Of a stretch of 64,000 bases of DNA, positions 55,129 to 63,823 are shown in pieces. The DNA is from a virus (lineage: Duplodnaviria; Heunggongvirae; Uroviricota; Caudoviricetes), in IMG/VR virus record IMGVR_UViG_3300031420_000399, one strand, 5' to 3'. A program made the translations under genes and the position numbers. Numbering within the stretch: the stretch's first letter is position 1; each line of letters begins with the position of its first letter. The notes under the pieces were generated by a model, which was not told where the DNA came from, did not search any database, and saw only the letters and a list, made by a program, of their open reading frames with translations.

Positions 55129-55584
55129 ATGAGAGTCTTCCAGTACATCATCGAGGGCAGCCACCATGCCCGGGAAGGCTGGGCCGTTGAGATCAGCCCC
55201 GGAGACTACCGGGATACCTACTGGAGTTCAGATCGACCGAAGCTCAATGCCCAGGAGATCGAGAGCCTGAAGTTCCAGTTCGACACGGACGACTTCGAAC
55301 AGATCTCCGGCAACTACGGGAGCGGCGTCCCTCCGATCTGGCGGGAATACGCCAGCGAAGATCGTGGTCGGATTCCCTCTCAGAACGGACTGAGGACGAG
55401 CTGGTGGCTTCGCAGGGGAGCTGGCCCCGACCTCGACACTCAGATCAGGGCTCAGAGAGAAACGCTCGAGGGCGCACGCCAGGATCTGAGAGCAGTTCAG
55501 GCCCGCTTCGATGGAGCACAGGAGAAGCTCACTGAGCTCCTCGTCCAGCGCGATGAGCGAGGAGCAGCTGACGAGCCGAAGTAG
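55129..55584 (+). CDS. hypothetical protein with C-terminal coiled coil
   Basis: GAAGGA SD before ATG 55129. Confidence 0.8.
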   Translation: MRVFQYIIEGSHHAREGWAVEISPGDYRDTYWSSDRPKLNAQEIESLKFQFDTDDFEQISGNYGSGVPPIWREYASEDRGRIPSQNGLRTSWWLRRGAGPDLDTQIRAQRETLEGARQDLRAVQARFDGAQEKLTELLVQRDERGAADEPK

Positions 55585-55648
55585 GCCGTAGATAGCAAAC
55601 TGGCCCGGGGTGTTGCTCCGGGCCAGTTTGCGGTGTATAGTGGCACTC

Positions 55649-55846
55649 ATGGACACCACCACCGATCGCTACATGATTCGCTTCTCCAAGAACGGCGAGT
55701 TCCTCGACGAGGACCGGGACTTCGCGGATAGCGCTTGCTTCGACTGGTTCGACCAGTCCGTGCAGACCGCCGAGGTCGGTGAGACCATCGAGCTCGTGGA
55801 CCTCGAGTCCGGCGTGGTCCTCGAGACCGTGACCAAGACCGGCTGA
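55649..55846 (+). CDS. small acidic protein
   Basis: Leaderless TTGCTC..TATAGT promoter. Confidence 0.8.
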   Translation: MDTTTDRYMIRFSKNGEFLDEDRDFADSACFDWFDQSVQTAEVGETIELVDLESGVVLETVTKTG

Positions 55847-55923
55847 GCAGTGCTGCTCACGCTTCGATAGTTGGCAGAATCCAAAGACAGACTTTCCACA
55901 AACTTCAGCTAAGGAAAACCACC

Positions 55924-56577
55924 ATGGCAGCGTCACAGCACCGGAAGCTCGGCGAGCTCCTCCCCGTCCCCTCGGGGAACTTCATCGTCCTCGACTTCGA
56001 GGCTACCTGCTCCAACCCGGGCAACTCCATCCAGGTTCCCCGAGGCGAGATGGAGATCATCGAGATCGGCGCCCTGGCCGTCTCACCGGAGCTCGAGGTC
56101 CTCGGCGAGTTCCCGCGCTTCGTCCGCCCCGTGCGGAACCCCGTTCTTTCGGAGTTCGCCACCGAGCTCACCACCATCACCCAGGCCGAGGTCGACGGCG
56201 CAGAGGACTTCCCCACCGTGGCAGCAGAGCTCGCACTCTGGGCAGCTGAGCACGAGATCTCCTGGTGGGGATCCTGGGGTAAGTACGACCGCAACCAGCT
56301 CACCCAGGATGTGCGCTTCCACCGGGTTCCGGACCCGCTTCCCCAGGAGCACTTCAACATCAAGGAAGCCTTCAGCGCCCGGCAGAACATCAAGCGCCGG
56401 CTCGGGCTCGGAGGAGCGGTGAAGATGGCCGGACTCGACTTCGCTGGCACCGCCCACCGGGCCATCGATGACACCCGGAACATCGCTCGAATCCTGCCCT
56501 TCGTCCTCGGAGAGGCTGCCGTGAAGAACCCCGCGGGCTTCTCGAAGGACTCCATCGAAGAGGGCCGTGTAGCCTGA
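55924..56577 (+). CDS. DEDDh 3'-5' exonuclease, ERI-1/KapD-like
   Basis: VLDFEATC, EIIEIGA, FVRPV.NP.LSEF..ELT.ITQ, WGKYD, HRAIDD. Confidence 0.9.
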   Translation: MAASQHRKLGELLPVPSGNFIVLDFEATCSNPGNSIQVPRGEMEIIEIGALAVSPELEVLGEFPRFVRPVRNPVLSEFATELTTITQAEVDGAEDFPTVAAELALWAAEHEISWWGSWGKYDRNQLTQDVRFHRVPDPLPQEHFNIKEAFSARQNIKRRLGLGGAVKMAGLDFAGTAHRAIDDTRNIARILPFVLGEAAVKNPAGFSKDSIEEGRVA

Positions 56578-56652
56578 GCCTAGAGCCCAACTAGCCCTGC
56601 CCGAGTCTTCCACAGCCTACATCTTCTAGCACCTCCGAAAGGAAATCGCCTC

Positions 56653-57036
56653 ATGGCCTCATCGACCTTCGAACTCAAGGAGTTCCACCTGGAACTCCTC
56701 AGGGAGCTGCGCTTCCAGTGGAACGAACAGGAGCTCGCTCCGCAGGTCAAGGAGGGCGATCCCTACGGCCCGGCCCACAACGACTCTCTGGCCTCAGTCT
56801 ACGAGATCTACGCCCGGTTCGAGGGCTACGAACTCCTCACCAACGAGCTGGGCGAGTCGAGCTTCGTGGCAAAGGATGGCCAGGTCATCGACGCTGAGGA
56901 CATCGCTGATGAGCTCTGGCGCTACCACAGGGATCTCCCCACGGTGCTCGAGATCGTCACCAGTGACCCTCTCCGCGGCGTGACCTTCGGAAACTACCAG
57001 CGCGGCAACGGCGGCCGGTGGGAGCCGATCCGATGA
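56653..57036 (+). CDS. hypothetical protein, family H copy 2
   Basis: FELKEFHLELL..PYG..YHRDLPTVLEI. Confidence 0.85.
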   Translation: MASSTFELKEFHLELLRELRFQWNEQELAPQVKEGDPYGPAHNDSLASVYEIYARFEGYELLTNELGESSFVAKDGQVIDAEDIADELWRYHRDLPTVLEIVTSDPLRGVTFGNYQRGNGGRWEPIR

Positions 57037-57545
57037 TTCAGGTTGGAACAGCAGACCAGAGCTCCGGTAGCTCCCTGGAAACCATAGTTGAGCTCCACGA
57101 GCAGTTGAGCTTCCACATCGGAGCCATCATCTCCCTGGAGATCGACCTCCAGAGGGAACGCAGGTTGAAGGAAAAGATCAGCGACATCCAGGGCCAGATC
57201 TACGGAGCCAACGGAGGGCTCATCGCCAAGCGCACGGTGACCACCGGCCGGCTTGAGCGAGTTAAGCTCACAGAGGGAAAGCCCGGTAGCCTTAGCTTTG
57301 GCTACTGCTTCGAGGGAGACTCTGCGATCCGGGAGGATCTCTACCTCGACAGTGCTCGAGTCAAGGTTCTCCTCGACGGTTCCTGGAAGCTCATCCACGA
57401 ACCGGAGTCCTGGCGGGCGGCCGAGGAAGAGGATGCCACAGCGGCTGAGCTCAAGAGGCTTGCGATCACGCCTCTGAGCCAGTGGACCGAGGACGAGCGC
57501 CAGCGCTACGGAAAGCCCTCAGCCCTGGGTGTTCCCTTCGGCTGA
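57033..57545 (+). CDS. hypothetical protein
   Basis: ATGA overlap with the upstream gene. Confidence 0.75.
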   Translation: MIQVGTADQSSGSSLETIVELHEQLSFHIGAIISLEIDLQRERRLKEKISDIQGQIYGANGGLIAKRTVTTGRLERVKLTEGKPGSLSFGYCFEGDSAIREDLYLDSARVKVLLDGSWKLIHEPESWRAAEEEDATAAELKRLAITPLSQWTEDERQRYGKPSALGVPFG

Positions 57546-57626
57546 GACCGACGGTACTCGGTATTTAGCGTTTAAAATTCAAATCTTAGATTTCAAATTC
57601 AAAATTCTGATGTGAGGAATACTAAC

Positions 57627-57935
57627 ATGCAGGACATCACTTCTGCCCGACCTCGGCTCTTCGGCGAAGAGAGCGAGGAGCTCTTCCTGAACATCCTGGC
57701 AAGCCACGAGGGCAACCTCTACTCCACTCAGATCAGGGAAGCAGCCAGTGGCTCAGAGAGCGACGGCGGAGGCCAGACGCTCGGAGGAGCCGTGAACAGC
57801 GCGCTGGAATGGGCAGGAGTTGCAGACTTCAGAGTCTCCGTCCACGGCTCCGCAGAGTCCATCCGCAGCGAACTTCGGGCAGCCAACGACAGCGTAGACT
57901 TCGACTTCGTGGTCAGGCTCTTCACAGACTTCTAA
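57627..57935 (+). CDS. hypothetical protein
   Basis: GAGGA SD after an AT-rich stretch. Confidence 0.7.
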   Translation: MQDITSARPRLFGEESEELFLNILASHEGNLYSTQIREAASGSESDGGGQTLGGAVNSALEWAGVADFRVSVHGSAESIRSELRAANDSVDFDFVVRLFTDF

Positions 57936-57959
57936 TCAGCAACCACCAAGGAGAACACC

Positions 57960-58346
57960 ATGGGGCTCAGATCGAGCATCCTCACATTCGAGTCCGAATC
58001 GCTCAGGCTGGTTCCGGGCGTAACTGAGACGGCGCTCTTCAGCGCAATCGATCAGATCGGACCGGATTTCAGCGAGGAGCTGCGCTACTTCTTTGACCTT
58101 GAGATCGAAGACGACGAGCTTTCGATGACGACCACCGGAGAGAGTGGCAAGGGCTACGATCTCGTCGAAGCCCTCGAGGGACTCGTCGCCTTACTCCGAA
58201 CGCTGTCCGCAGATGAGGATCGGGGATTCCGATTCCGCTTCGAGATCCTCGGCGAAACCGGCGACTGGAGGCTCATCCAAAGCGACGGTAGAAGGCTCTG
58301 GGTCATCCCCGGTGTGGTGAGCTACCCCGGTGCTCCTAGCTGGTGA
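57960..58346 (+). CDS. hypothetical protein
   Basis: AAGGAG SD. Confidence 0.8.
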   Translation: MGLRSSILTFESESLRLVPGVTETALFSAIDQIGPDFSEELRYFFDLEIEDDELSMTTTGESGKGYDLVEALEGLVALLRTLSADEDRGFRFRFEILGETGDWRLIQSDGRRLWVIPGVVSYPGAPSW

Positions 58347-58416
58347 TCTCCGGGAGGCTGCAACAGTGCAGTTGATAGTAGGTCTGCTCGCATAGCACCT
58401 ACATAGGAGAATCATC

Positions 58417-59382
58417 TTGGTTCCAAAGCGCAGGCAGTTTCGCAGGATCGCGGCAGTAGCTCTAGCCCTAGGCGCTGTGGGCTGTGCGATAGCTCCAGCA
58501 GCCTCAGCAGTAGACTACCAGCCCAACTTCGGTGTCAAGTCCGTCTACACGGATACTCCTTCTATAGTCGGATTCAGAGGATACTTCCACTCGTCGGGCA
58601 GCACCCCTGGAGGCAGTGGATCCCCCAGTGATCCTACGCCGGGGACTGGATCCGGAGGCGACGGCACCGATCCAGGGACGGGAACTCCAGGGACCGATCC
58701 GGGCACGGGAAATCCAGGGACCGATCCCAGCGGTGAACCCTACACCCCTGGAAGCTGTACTCTCACGAGCACGATCAGCAGCGACTTCACCCAGACCGGA
58801 ACCATGGACGGCACCAACTACCTGAGCCCCCGGGAGTTCGGATCGACCTCGAGCGACAATCCCTACGGCTACTCCAAGTGGATCGATCATGCGATGGCTT
58901 CAGATGCTGTCATCACTGTCGGACAACCGAAGGTCTTCCTCCCCGATGTGCAGGTAGACACCTATGATCCAGCCACCAACAGCTACGCTGAAACCCAGAG
59001 CTACCAGAATGTGAGCTTCGATGAGTTCGATCCCTACATCGGTAGCGCTAAGGCCGTTCCAGCAGGCACGATCAATCCCGCTAAGTTCCCCTCCTTCTAT
59101 AAGGGAGAGAAGAGAGCTGCGGCCAACTTCGGCTCCATTCAGATCTCGGGGATGGATACGAGTAAGGTTCCTGATCTAGTCAACAGCCCCTCCTTCTGGG
59201 CCAAGGTCAATGCTCCATTCCCCTCGGATAGCCCAGCTCCCGGGGACAAGCAGTACTCGGTGAACAGCAACCTCATGGTGGTCGACTACCCAGTCAGCGT
59301 CCAGTGGCCAGCTGGCTCTGAGTACGCAGGCTGCTCAACCACAACCGACGCGGCCTACACCTTCGCCTTTGGAGCAGCCTGA
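58417..59382 (+). CDS. secreted protein with Gly-Thr-Asp-Pro repeats
   Basis: AGGAG SD, TTG start; signal peptide ..APAASA; GTDPGTG(T/N)P repeats. Confidence 0.8.
   Translation: MVPKRRQFRRIAAVALALGAVGCAIAPAASAVDYQPNFGVKSVYTDTPSIVGFRGYFHSSGSTPGGSGSPSDPTPGTGSGGDGTDPGTGTPGTDPGTGNPGTDPSGEPYTPGSCTLTSTISSDFTQTGTMDGTNYLSPREFGSTSSDNPYGYSKWIDHAMASDAVITVGQPKVFLPDVQVDTYDPATNSYAETQSYQNVSFDEFDPYIGSAKAVPAGTINPAKFPSFYKGEKRAAANFGSIQISGMDTSKVPDLVNSPSFWAKVNAPFPSDSPAPGDKQYSVNSNLMVVDYPVSVQWPAGSEYAGCSTTTDAAYTFAFGAA
58664..58730 (+). repeat. about three copies of an in-frame 24-nt repeat (PGTDPGTG)
   Basis: ACCGATCC recurs every 24 nt. Confidence 0.7.
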
Positions 59383-59423
59383 TCCAGTTGTGCTGAGGCC
59401 CGGCGGCGTGTAATGTTCGATCC

Positions 59424-59843
59424 ATGAACACGACTCGAAACCGCCGGGCCTCAGTCATTGGAGCCATCGTCCTCGCCGCTGTGGTCGGCACAACCCTGGC
59501 AGGCTGCTCAGCAGAGCTCAGCCGCGAAGATGCGGAGGCATCGACCCACAAGGTCATCGAGACCGACCGCAAGTTCTGGAGCGGAGAGAGCTGGGCCTAT
59601 GTGGACGGCTCAGGCAAGAAGATCCCCCTTTCGAAGGACTGCCAGGAGGGCTTCTTCTCTGAGCTCTGCCGGAGCTCCAAGAACGGGCTGATCAAGTTCC
59701 AGTACTCCAGCGGCAAGTACGGGATCAGCTCTGAGTCCATCACCGTCGACGGTGTCAAATGGGAGGCAGACTGCACCCAGAAGCCCGGATTTTCTGGAGG
59801 CGACTATGTCTGCGCGCCCCTGGCAGATCGCCGGGACAAGTAG
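59424..59843 (+). CDS. lipoprotein, family C
   Basis: LAGC lipobox; leaderless TTGTGC..TAATGT promoter; YVDGSGK..C..C.SSKNGLIKFQY..ITVDG. Confidence 0.85.
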   Translation: MNTTRNRRASVIGAIVLAAVVGTTLAGCSAELSREDAEASTHKVIETDRKFWSGESWAYVDGSGKKIPLSKDCQEGFFSELCRSSKNGLIKFQYSSGKYGISSESITVDGVKWEADCTQKPGFSGGDYVCAPLADRRDK

Positions 59844-59930
59844 AGAGCGTTAGAGCATCTGAGACCAGGTCCCCGCCGGTGAATGACAACCCGGCGAGGG
59901 ACCTGTTCCAATTGGAGAACCTTCTCGGCT

Positions 59931-60221
59931 TCAGTCTGCCTCTCGCTCGCTCGAGAGATAGCTCAGCGTCGACTCATCGGCAGCCTTGCCGGCAGCCTGT
60001 GCATCGCTGCTCTTGATCCCCCAGCCGCTCGCCCGGCTCTTGGGTGCCCTTCTGATCTCCTGAGTGTAGACTTCCCACCAGCCGTTGTAGGCTCGGACCA
60101 GAGTCTCTTCTCCGAGATCTTCAGCGGCAAGGGCCTCCCTGAGCTTCTCCGAAGCGTTGTTCTGCTTCGCCAGGACCTGCGCTCGCCAGAGCTTAGCCTC
60201 TGCGATGATGTCACGGGTCAT
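59931..60221 (-). CDS. small hypothetical protein
   Basis: AGGAAGG SD on the minus strand. Confidence 0.6.
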   Translation of the reverse strand: MTRDIIAEAKLWRAQVLAKQNNASEKLREALAAEDLGEETLVRAYNGWWEVYTQEIRRAPKSRASGWGIKSSDAQAAGKAADESTLSYLSSEREAD

Positions 60222-60364
60222 CTTGGACTTCCTTCCTGAGCCTTAGAAAAGACCACTCGAAGTCCATGGTACATGGATCGAACCCCGTGATCGCCCTGGA
60301 GCATTTCCTGTAGAGACCTCCGAGGGCAGTTGACAGGATCGTTCGGTGGTGTAGTGTTGGACCT

Positions 60365-60634
60365 ATGAACACCAACTCGACTGTCCACCACACCGCAGCC
60401 TCCCCGATCTACAAGAACACCCAGAAGGTCGGCAACTTCGCCGCCTACGCCTTCTGGTTCTGCATCCCGAACCTCCTCGTGGGCTTCGTCGGCATCGTCC
60501 TGACCATGGACGCGCCTGCAGTCCTCCACAACTTCGTCGGCCAGTTCTTCGCCAGCGTGGTCGTGGCCATGATCCTCTCGGTGGCCACCATGAAGGTCTC
60601 CTACGATCTCCTCAAGAAGATGCGCAGGATCTGA
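60365..60634 (+). CDS. small membrane protein
   Basis: Leaderless TTGACA(60330)-N16-TAGTGT promoter; two TM helices. Confidence 0.85.
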   Translation: MNTNSTVHHTAASPIYKNTQKVGNFAAYAFWFCIPNLLVGFVGIVLTMDAPAVLHNFVGQFFASVVVAMILSVATMKVSYDLLKKMRRI

Positions 60635-60646
60635 CCATCCCGCTTA

Positions 60647-60681
60647 GAGGGCCCTCCCTGGACATCCGGGCGAGGGCCTTC
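60647..60681 (+). terminator. imperfect hairpin terminator
   Basis: GAGGGCCCTC..GAGGGCCTTC after the 60634 stop. Confidence 0.5.
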
Positions 60682-61215
60682 TTCCATTGGGCTGCAAGTG
60701 TGACCGGGGAGCAGACAGCACGGCCAATCAGCAGACAGCAGGATCAGATCTGAGCGCCGACTACCCCATTCGTGCAGAACGACTCATCCACACCTTCAGG
60801 CTCCCTCAGGCTGTCTCCTAGAGCCTTCGAACGGAGTCGATGCGTAGGCTCAGCTCACTTCCTCAGTGGCCGTTCAGGCTACCTCCAGCTATCTCAGTCC
60901 GATGCTACTACTTCGACGCTCACTACATCTGTAGATAGGTAGCTAGAGTCATACACTCTAGAGATTTGCTCCCCTGCTTTGCTGAACAAGTGCTATGATC
61001 TATGCCGTGTGTGTTTTTCGAGCTCGTCGCCACTTCTCCGACTCCGGGCTAACTCAACGATCGACCGCTGATACCCGAAATTTCGGTCTCATTTGGTCGC
61101 TACTTCTGAGGTACCCAGTCGCTACTCGGCCGCCGCTTTCTGCTCTAGTGCGCCAGGCGTGCGGCCATAGCGCGATAGTAGGCTAAGAACGAGCCGGCTA
61201 CAGAGGGGATACACC

Positions 61216-61641
61216 GTGCGTCTCACTAAGATCGTGGCCATCCTTGTGGGGATCATCGTTCTCCTGGGGCTGGGCTTCTCCCTGGCGATGAACGCCCAGG
61301 CTAAACCCACGATCTGGGGTCTCATCGGCGCTCCGAAGATCGCCAGCACTGAGAATCTAGTCGAGAAGTCCAGCGATGTGAGCTATCCCTGGAAGGCCTA
61401 CTCTGGAGACACGGCCATCGGCCTTCTACCCTGCGGTGATCTCACTCCAGATCAGCCCGAAGATGAGCGCTACGGCGAGTGGTGCTCGGACGACGGCAAG
61501 GTGAAGCTCACTCGGACCAAGGAGTCTACGGTGCTCAACTACGATGGCACCAACTTTGCCTACGGCTGTAGCGCCGGAAGCTCCCTCCCCGGTGCTCTCC
61601 CCGAATGCTCCATCGATCCCTGGGGTAGCTTCTTCCGCTGA
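61216..61641 (+). CDS. membrane-anchored extracytoplasmic protein, possibly family C related
   Basis: N-terminal TM; WCSDDGKVKL..LNYDG..C..C. Confidence 0.7.
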   Translation: MRLTKIVAILVGIIVLLGLGFSLAMNAQAKPTIWGLIGAPKIASTENLVEKSSDVSYPWKAYSGDTAIGLLPCGDLTPDQPEDERYGEWCSDDGKVKLTRTKESTVLNYDGTNFAYGCSAGSSLPGALPECSIDPWGSFFR

Positions 61642-61694
61642 TCCTCCAGTGCTTAAACCATTGCGCTCAGCTGAAAACCATGTAGGTTGAACCC

Positions 61695-62198
61695 ATGAAC
61701 GATTCCGTAGCATGGCCGCCGGCTCACCTTCCAGCTGAGCTCAACGCCATCGCCACAGCAGCTGACCTCATCCGCCAGGAAACCGATCTCCAGTGGAATG
61801 GCGGCGCGGGCGTCTGCCTCGGTGTGAGTGCCTATCTGAGCTACCTCCTCGAGGATCTGGACATCGATCACAGGCTCGCCAACGGTATCTACACGGACGA
61901 GCACGGGGAGCACCCCCACTGGTGGATCGAGACCAGCTCCGGCTGGATCCTCGATGCCTCCCGGGGTCAGTTCGGCCACGGGGATGAGTACCGTTCTGGC
62001 GTGGTCGGCCGCTTCGACCGGGCTTACAGCCTGCGCGCATCCTGGGAACCCGGCCACGGCACCATCGAACTCGTCGAGGCAGAGCTCCAGCGCTCCTTCA
62101 GCGACCAGGGCGAGGCCTTCGACTACCTCGACCTCTGCGAGAACATCTGGGCTGAGGTCGGAGACATGGTGACCCGAGGCATCGTTTCCGTCGGCTAA
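61695..62198 (+). CDS. transglutaminase/papain-like Cys-His-Asp protein
   Basis: GVCLGVSAYL..HWWIE..ILDASRGQF; leaderless TTGCGC..TAGGTT promoter. Confidence 0.6.
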   Translation: MNDSVAWPPAHLPAELNAIATAADLIRQETDLQWNGGAGVCLGVSAYLSYLLEDLDIDHRLANGIYTDEHGEHPHWWIETSSGWILDASRGQFGHGDEYRSGVVGRFDRAYSLRASWEPGHGTIELVEAELQRSFSDQGEAFDYLDLCENIWAEVGDMVTRGIVSVG

Positions 62199-62262
62199 GG
62201 AAGATCAGGACTCCAAGCCCGAAGCTGTTGACAGCCTCGGGTGTCCATGTAGGATGGGAACC

Positions 62263-62655
62263 ATGAACGCCATCGCTACCGCCTCTGCCCTGGACTTCTC
62301 CGAGCTCCAGCTCGAAGCGAAGCTCGTCGCCCGGGACTTCACCGGGCTCAAGGGTTTCAACATCCACGACTTTCATCACGAGACCAATCTCCGCACGGTG
62401 ACCGGCTGGGAGCTCACGCTCCAGGACGAGAGCATCGAAGGAGATGGCTCGTACATGTTCCTGCGCTTCGCCCTGACCGTGGAGTTCAGCCGGGGCCGGG
62501 CTGGCATCTGGGATACCACCGCGGTGCTCTGGATCAGCGAGAACGAGGGCTTCGTGGAGCTCGGCGAGATCCCCGGCGACGAGGGCATGGCCTACCGGAT
62601 GGACCCCAAGGACTTCGAATCGCTCTTCCGGAAGCTCAACATCAAGCAGCACTGA
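62263..62655 (+). CDS. hypothetical protein
   Basis: Leaderless TTGACA(62228)-N16-TAGGAT promoter places the start at ATG 62263. Confidence 0.85.
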   Translation: MNAIATASALDFSELQLEAKLVARDFTGLKGFNIHDFHHETNLRTVTGWELTLQDESIEGDGSYMFLRFALTVEFSRGRAGIWDTTAVLWISENEGFVELGEIPGDEGMAYRMDPKDFESLFRKLNIKQH

Positions 62656-62669
62656 AAGGTACTAGAATC

Positions 62670-63032
62670 ATGGCAACTGACCTACATCTCGCCCGGGCTC
62701 GAGCTCGAGTCGCCCTGGCGAAGCTCAGTGGAAAGACCGATCTTCCGGATCGCACCCTGAAGCTCGCTGAAAGGGACTACACCCCCTCGCCGACCGCACT
62801 TCAGACTGTGGATCAGGTCCTCGGTGAGCCCGAGAACTCCCTCCACGGCTACATCGCCGACGCCTTCACGGTGCTCGCTGAGGAGCTCGCAGAGGCCAGG
62901 AGGGCTCAGACTCGTATCATGGAGCTCGTCTCCGATGCGGGCAACTGGGACAACCCCACTGACACCCTGGAGCACATCGGTGACACCATCAACTCGGAAC
63001 AGTACCCGGTCTGGGAGCGCTACGAGGGCTGA
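62670..63032 (+). CDS. hypothetical protein
   Basis: Typical codon bias. Confidence 0.8.
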   Translation: MATDLHLARARARVALAKLSGKTDLPDRTLKLAERDYTPSPTALQTVDQVLGEPENSLHGYIADAFTVLAEELAEARRAQTRIMELVSDAGNWDNPTDTLEHIGDTINSEQYPVWERYEG

Positions 63033-63076
63033 GAGCAGTTCGCTTTCAGTTCCCCACCAAAGCTAAGGAGAATCAC

Positions 63077-63415
63077 ATGAAGGACTTCGACATCTCGAAG
63101 CTCGACCCTTCGAAGTTCGATCCCTCAAAGATCGATCTCGATCCGACCAAGCCTCTAACCTGGGTCCTGGCAGCAGCTGTTCTCATCGTACTCCTCGTCC
63201 TCACGACCATCGTCGTGATCGCAGTGCAGATCACGCGCTCGATCCTTGAGCGCCGCGGCCAGCGAAAGGCCATGGAGAGAGCAGAGGCTCGGAACCTCGA
63301 GCGTCAGAGCGAGCCCCTTGCTGCGCCACTCGAGGGTTCCCTGGCCGCAAGCAAGCTCAATCTTCCCGACTCTTCCAAGCCGACGGTCTGGCCCCTGGAG
63401 CCGATCGGATCCTGA
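63077..63415 (+). CDS. single-pass membrane protein
   Basis: TAAGGAG SD; short (S)K(L/F/I)D repeats then a TM helix. Confidence 0.8.
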   Translation: MKDFDISKLDPSKFDPSKIDLDPTKPLTWVLAAAVLIVLLVLTTIVVIAVQITRSILERRGQRKAMERAEARNLERQSEPLAAPLEGSLAASKLNLPDSSKPTVWPLEPIGS

Positions 63416-63571
63416 GTAGGCACTGGGCTGTGGTACTCTGGTCCATGTACGGGGACCTACAGCCCGTAGCCGCCTGCCTAGTCCGAGAGGGTTCGGCAGG
63501 TAGTAGACTCACCTATCCGACACGCCGGCAAAGAGAGTGACCGCAGCAGTAGTGCGGTCAAATCGATAGAG

Positions 63572-63823
63572 TTGCCGACGACAACCAGTTCTAAGGAGAA
63601 CACCTTGCCACTCTCATCCCTCATCATCGTCATCGTCTGCGGTCTCGTCGCAGTCGGTGGAATCATCGTGCTCGTGATTCGCAACAGGAAGCCCAAGGGT
63701 CCCGCAACTCCGATCCGTCCTGCTGCAACTCCCCGCGCCGGTGGTCAGGCTGGTCCTGCTCGTAGGAACTACGGAGCCGCTGGTACCGACACTCAGCCCA
63801 CGAGGCGCAACCGCGAGAGCTGA
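63572..63823 (+). CDS. single-pass membrane protein
   Basis: TM helix with a basic Pro-rich tail; start may be the TTG after AAGGAG (about 63605). Confidence 0.6.
   Translation: MPTTTSSKENTLPLSSLIIVIVCGLVAVGGIIVLVIRNRKPKGPATPIRPAATPRAGGQAGPARRNYGAAGTDTQPTRRNRES

Noticed and set aside
59405-59423. GTTCGA next to a promoter, resembling half of an actinobacterial LexA box
   Set aside because: The matching TCGAAC half-site 4 nt upstream is absent
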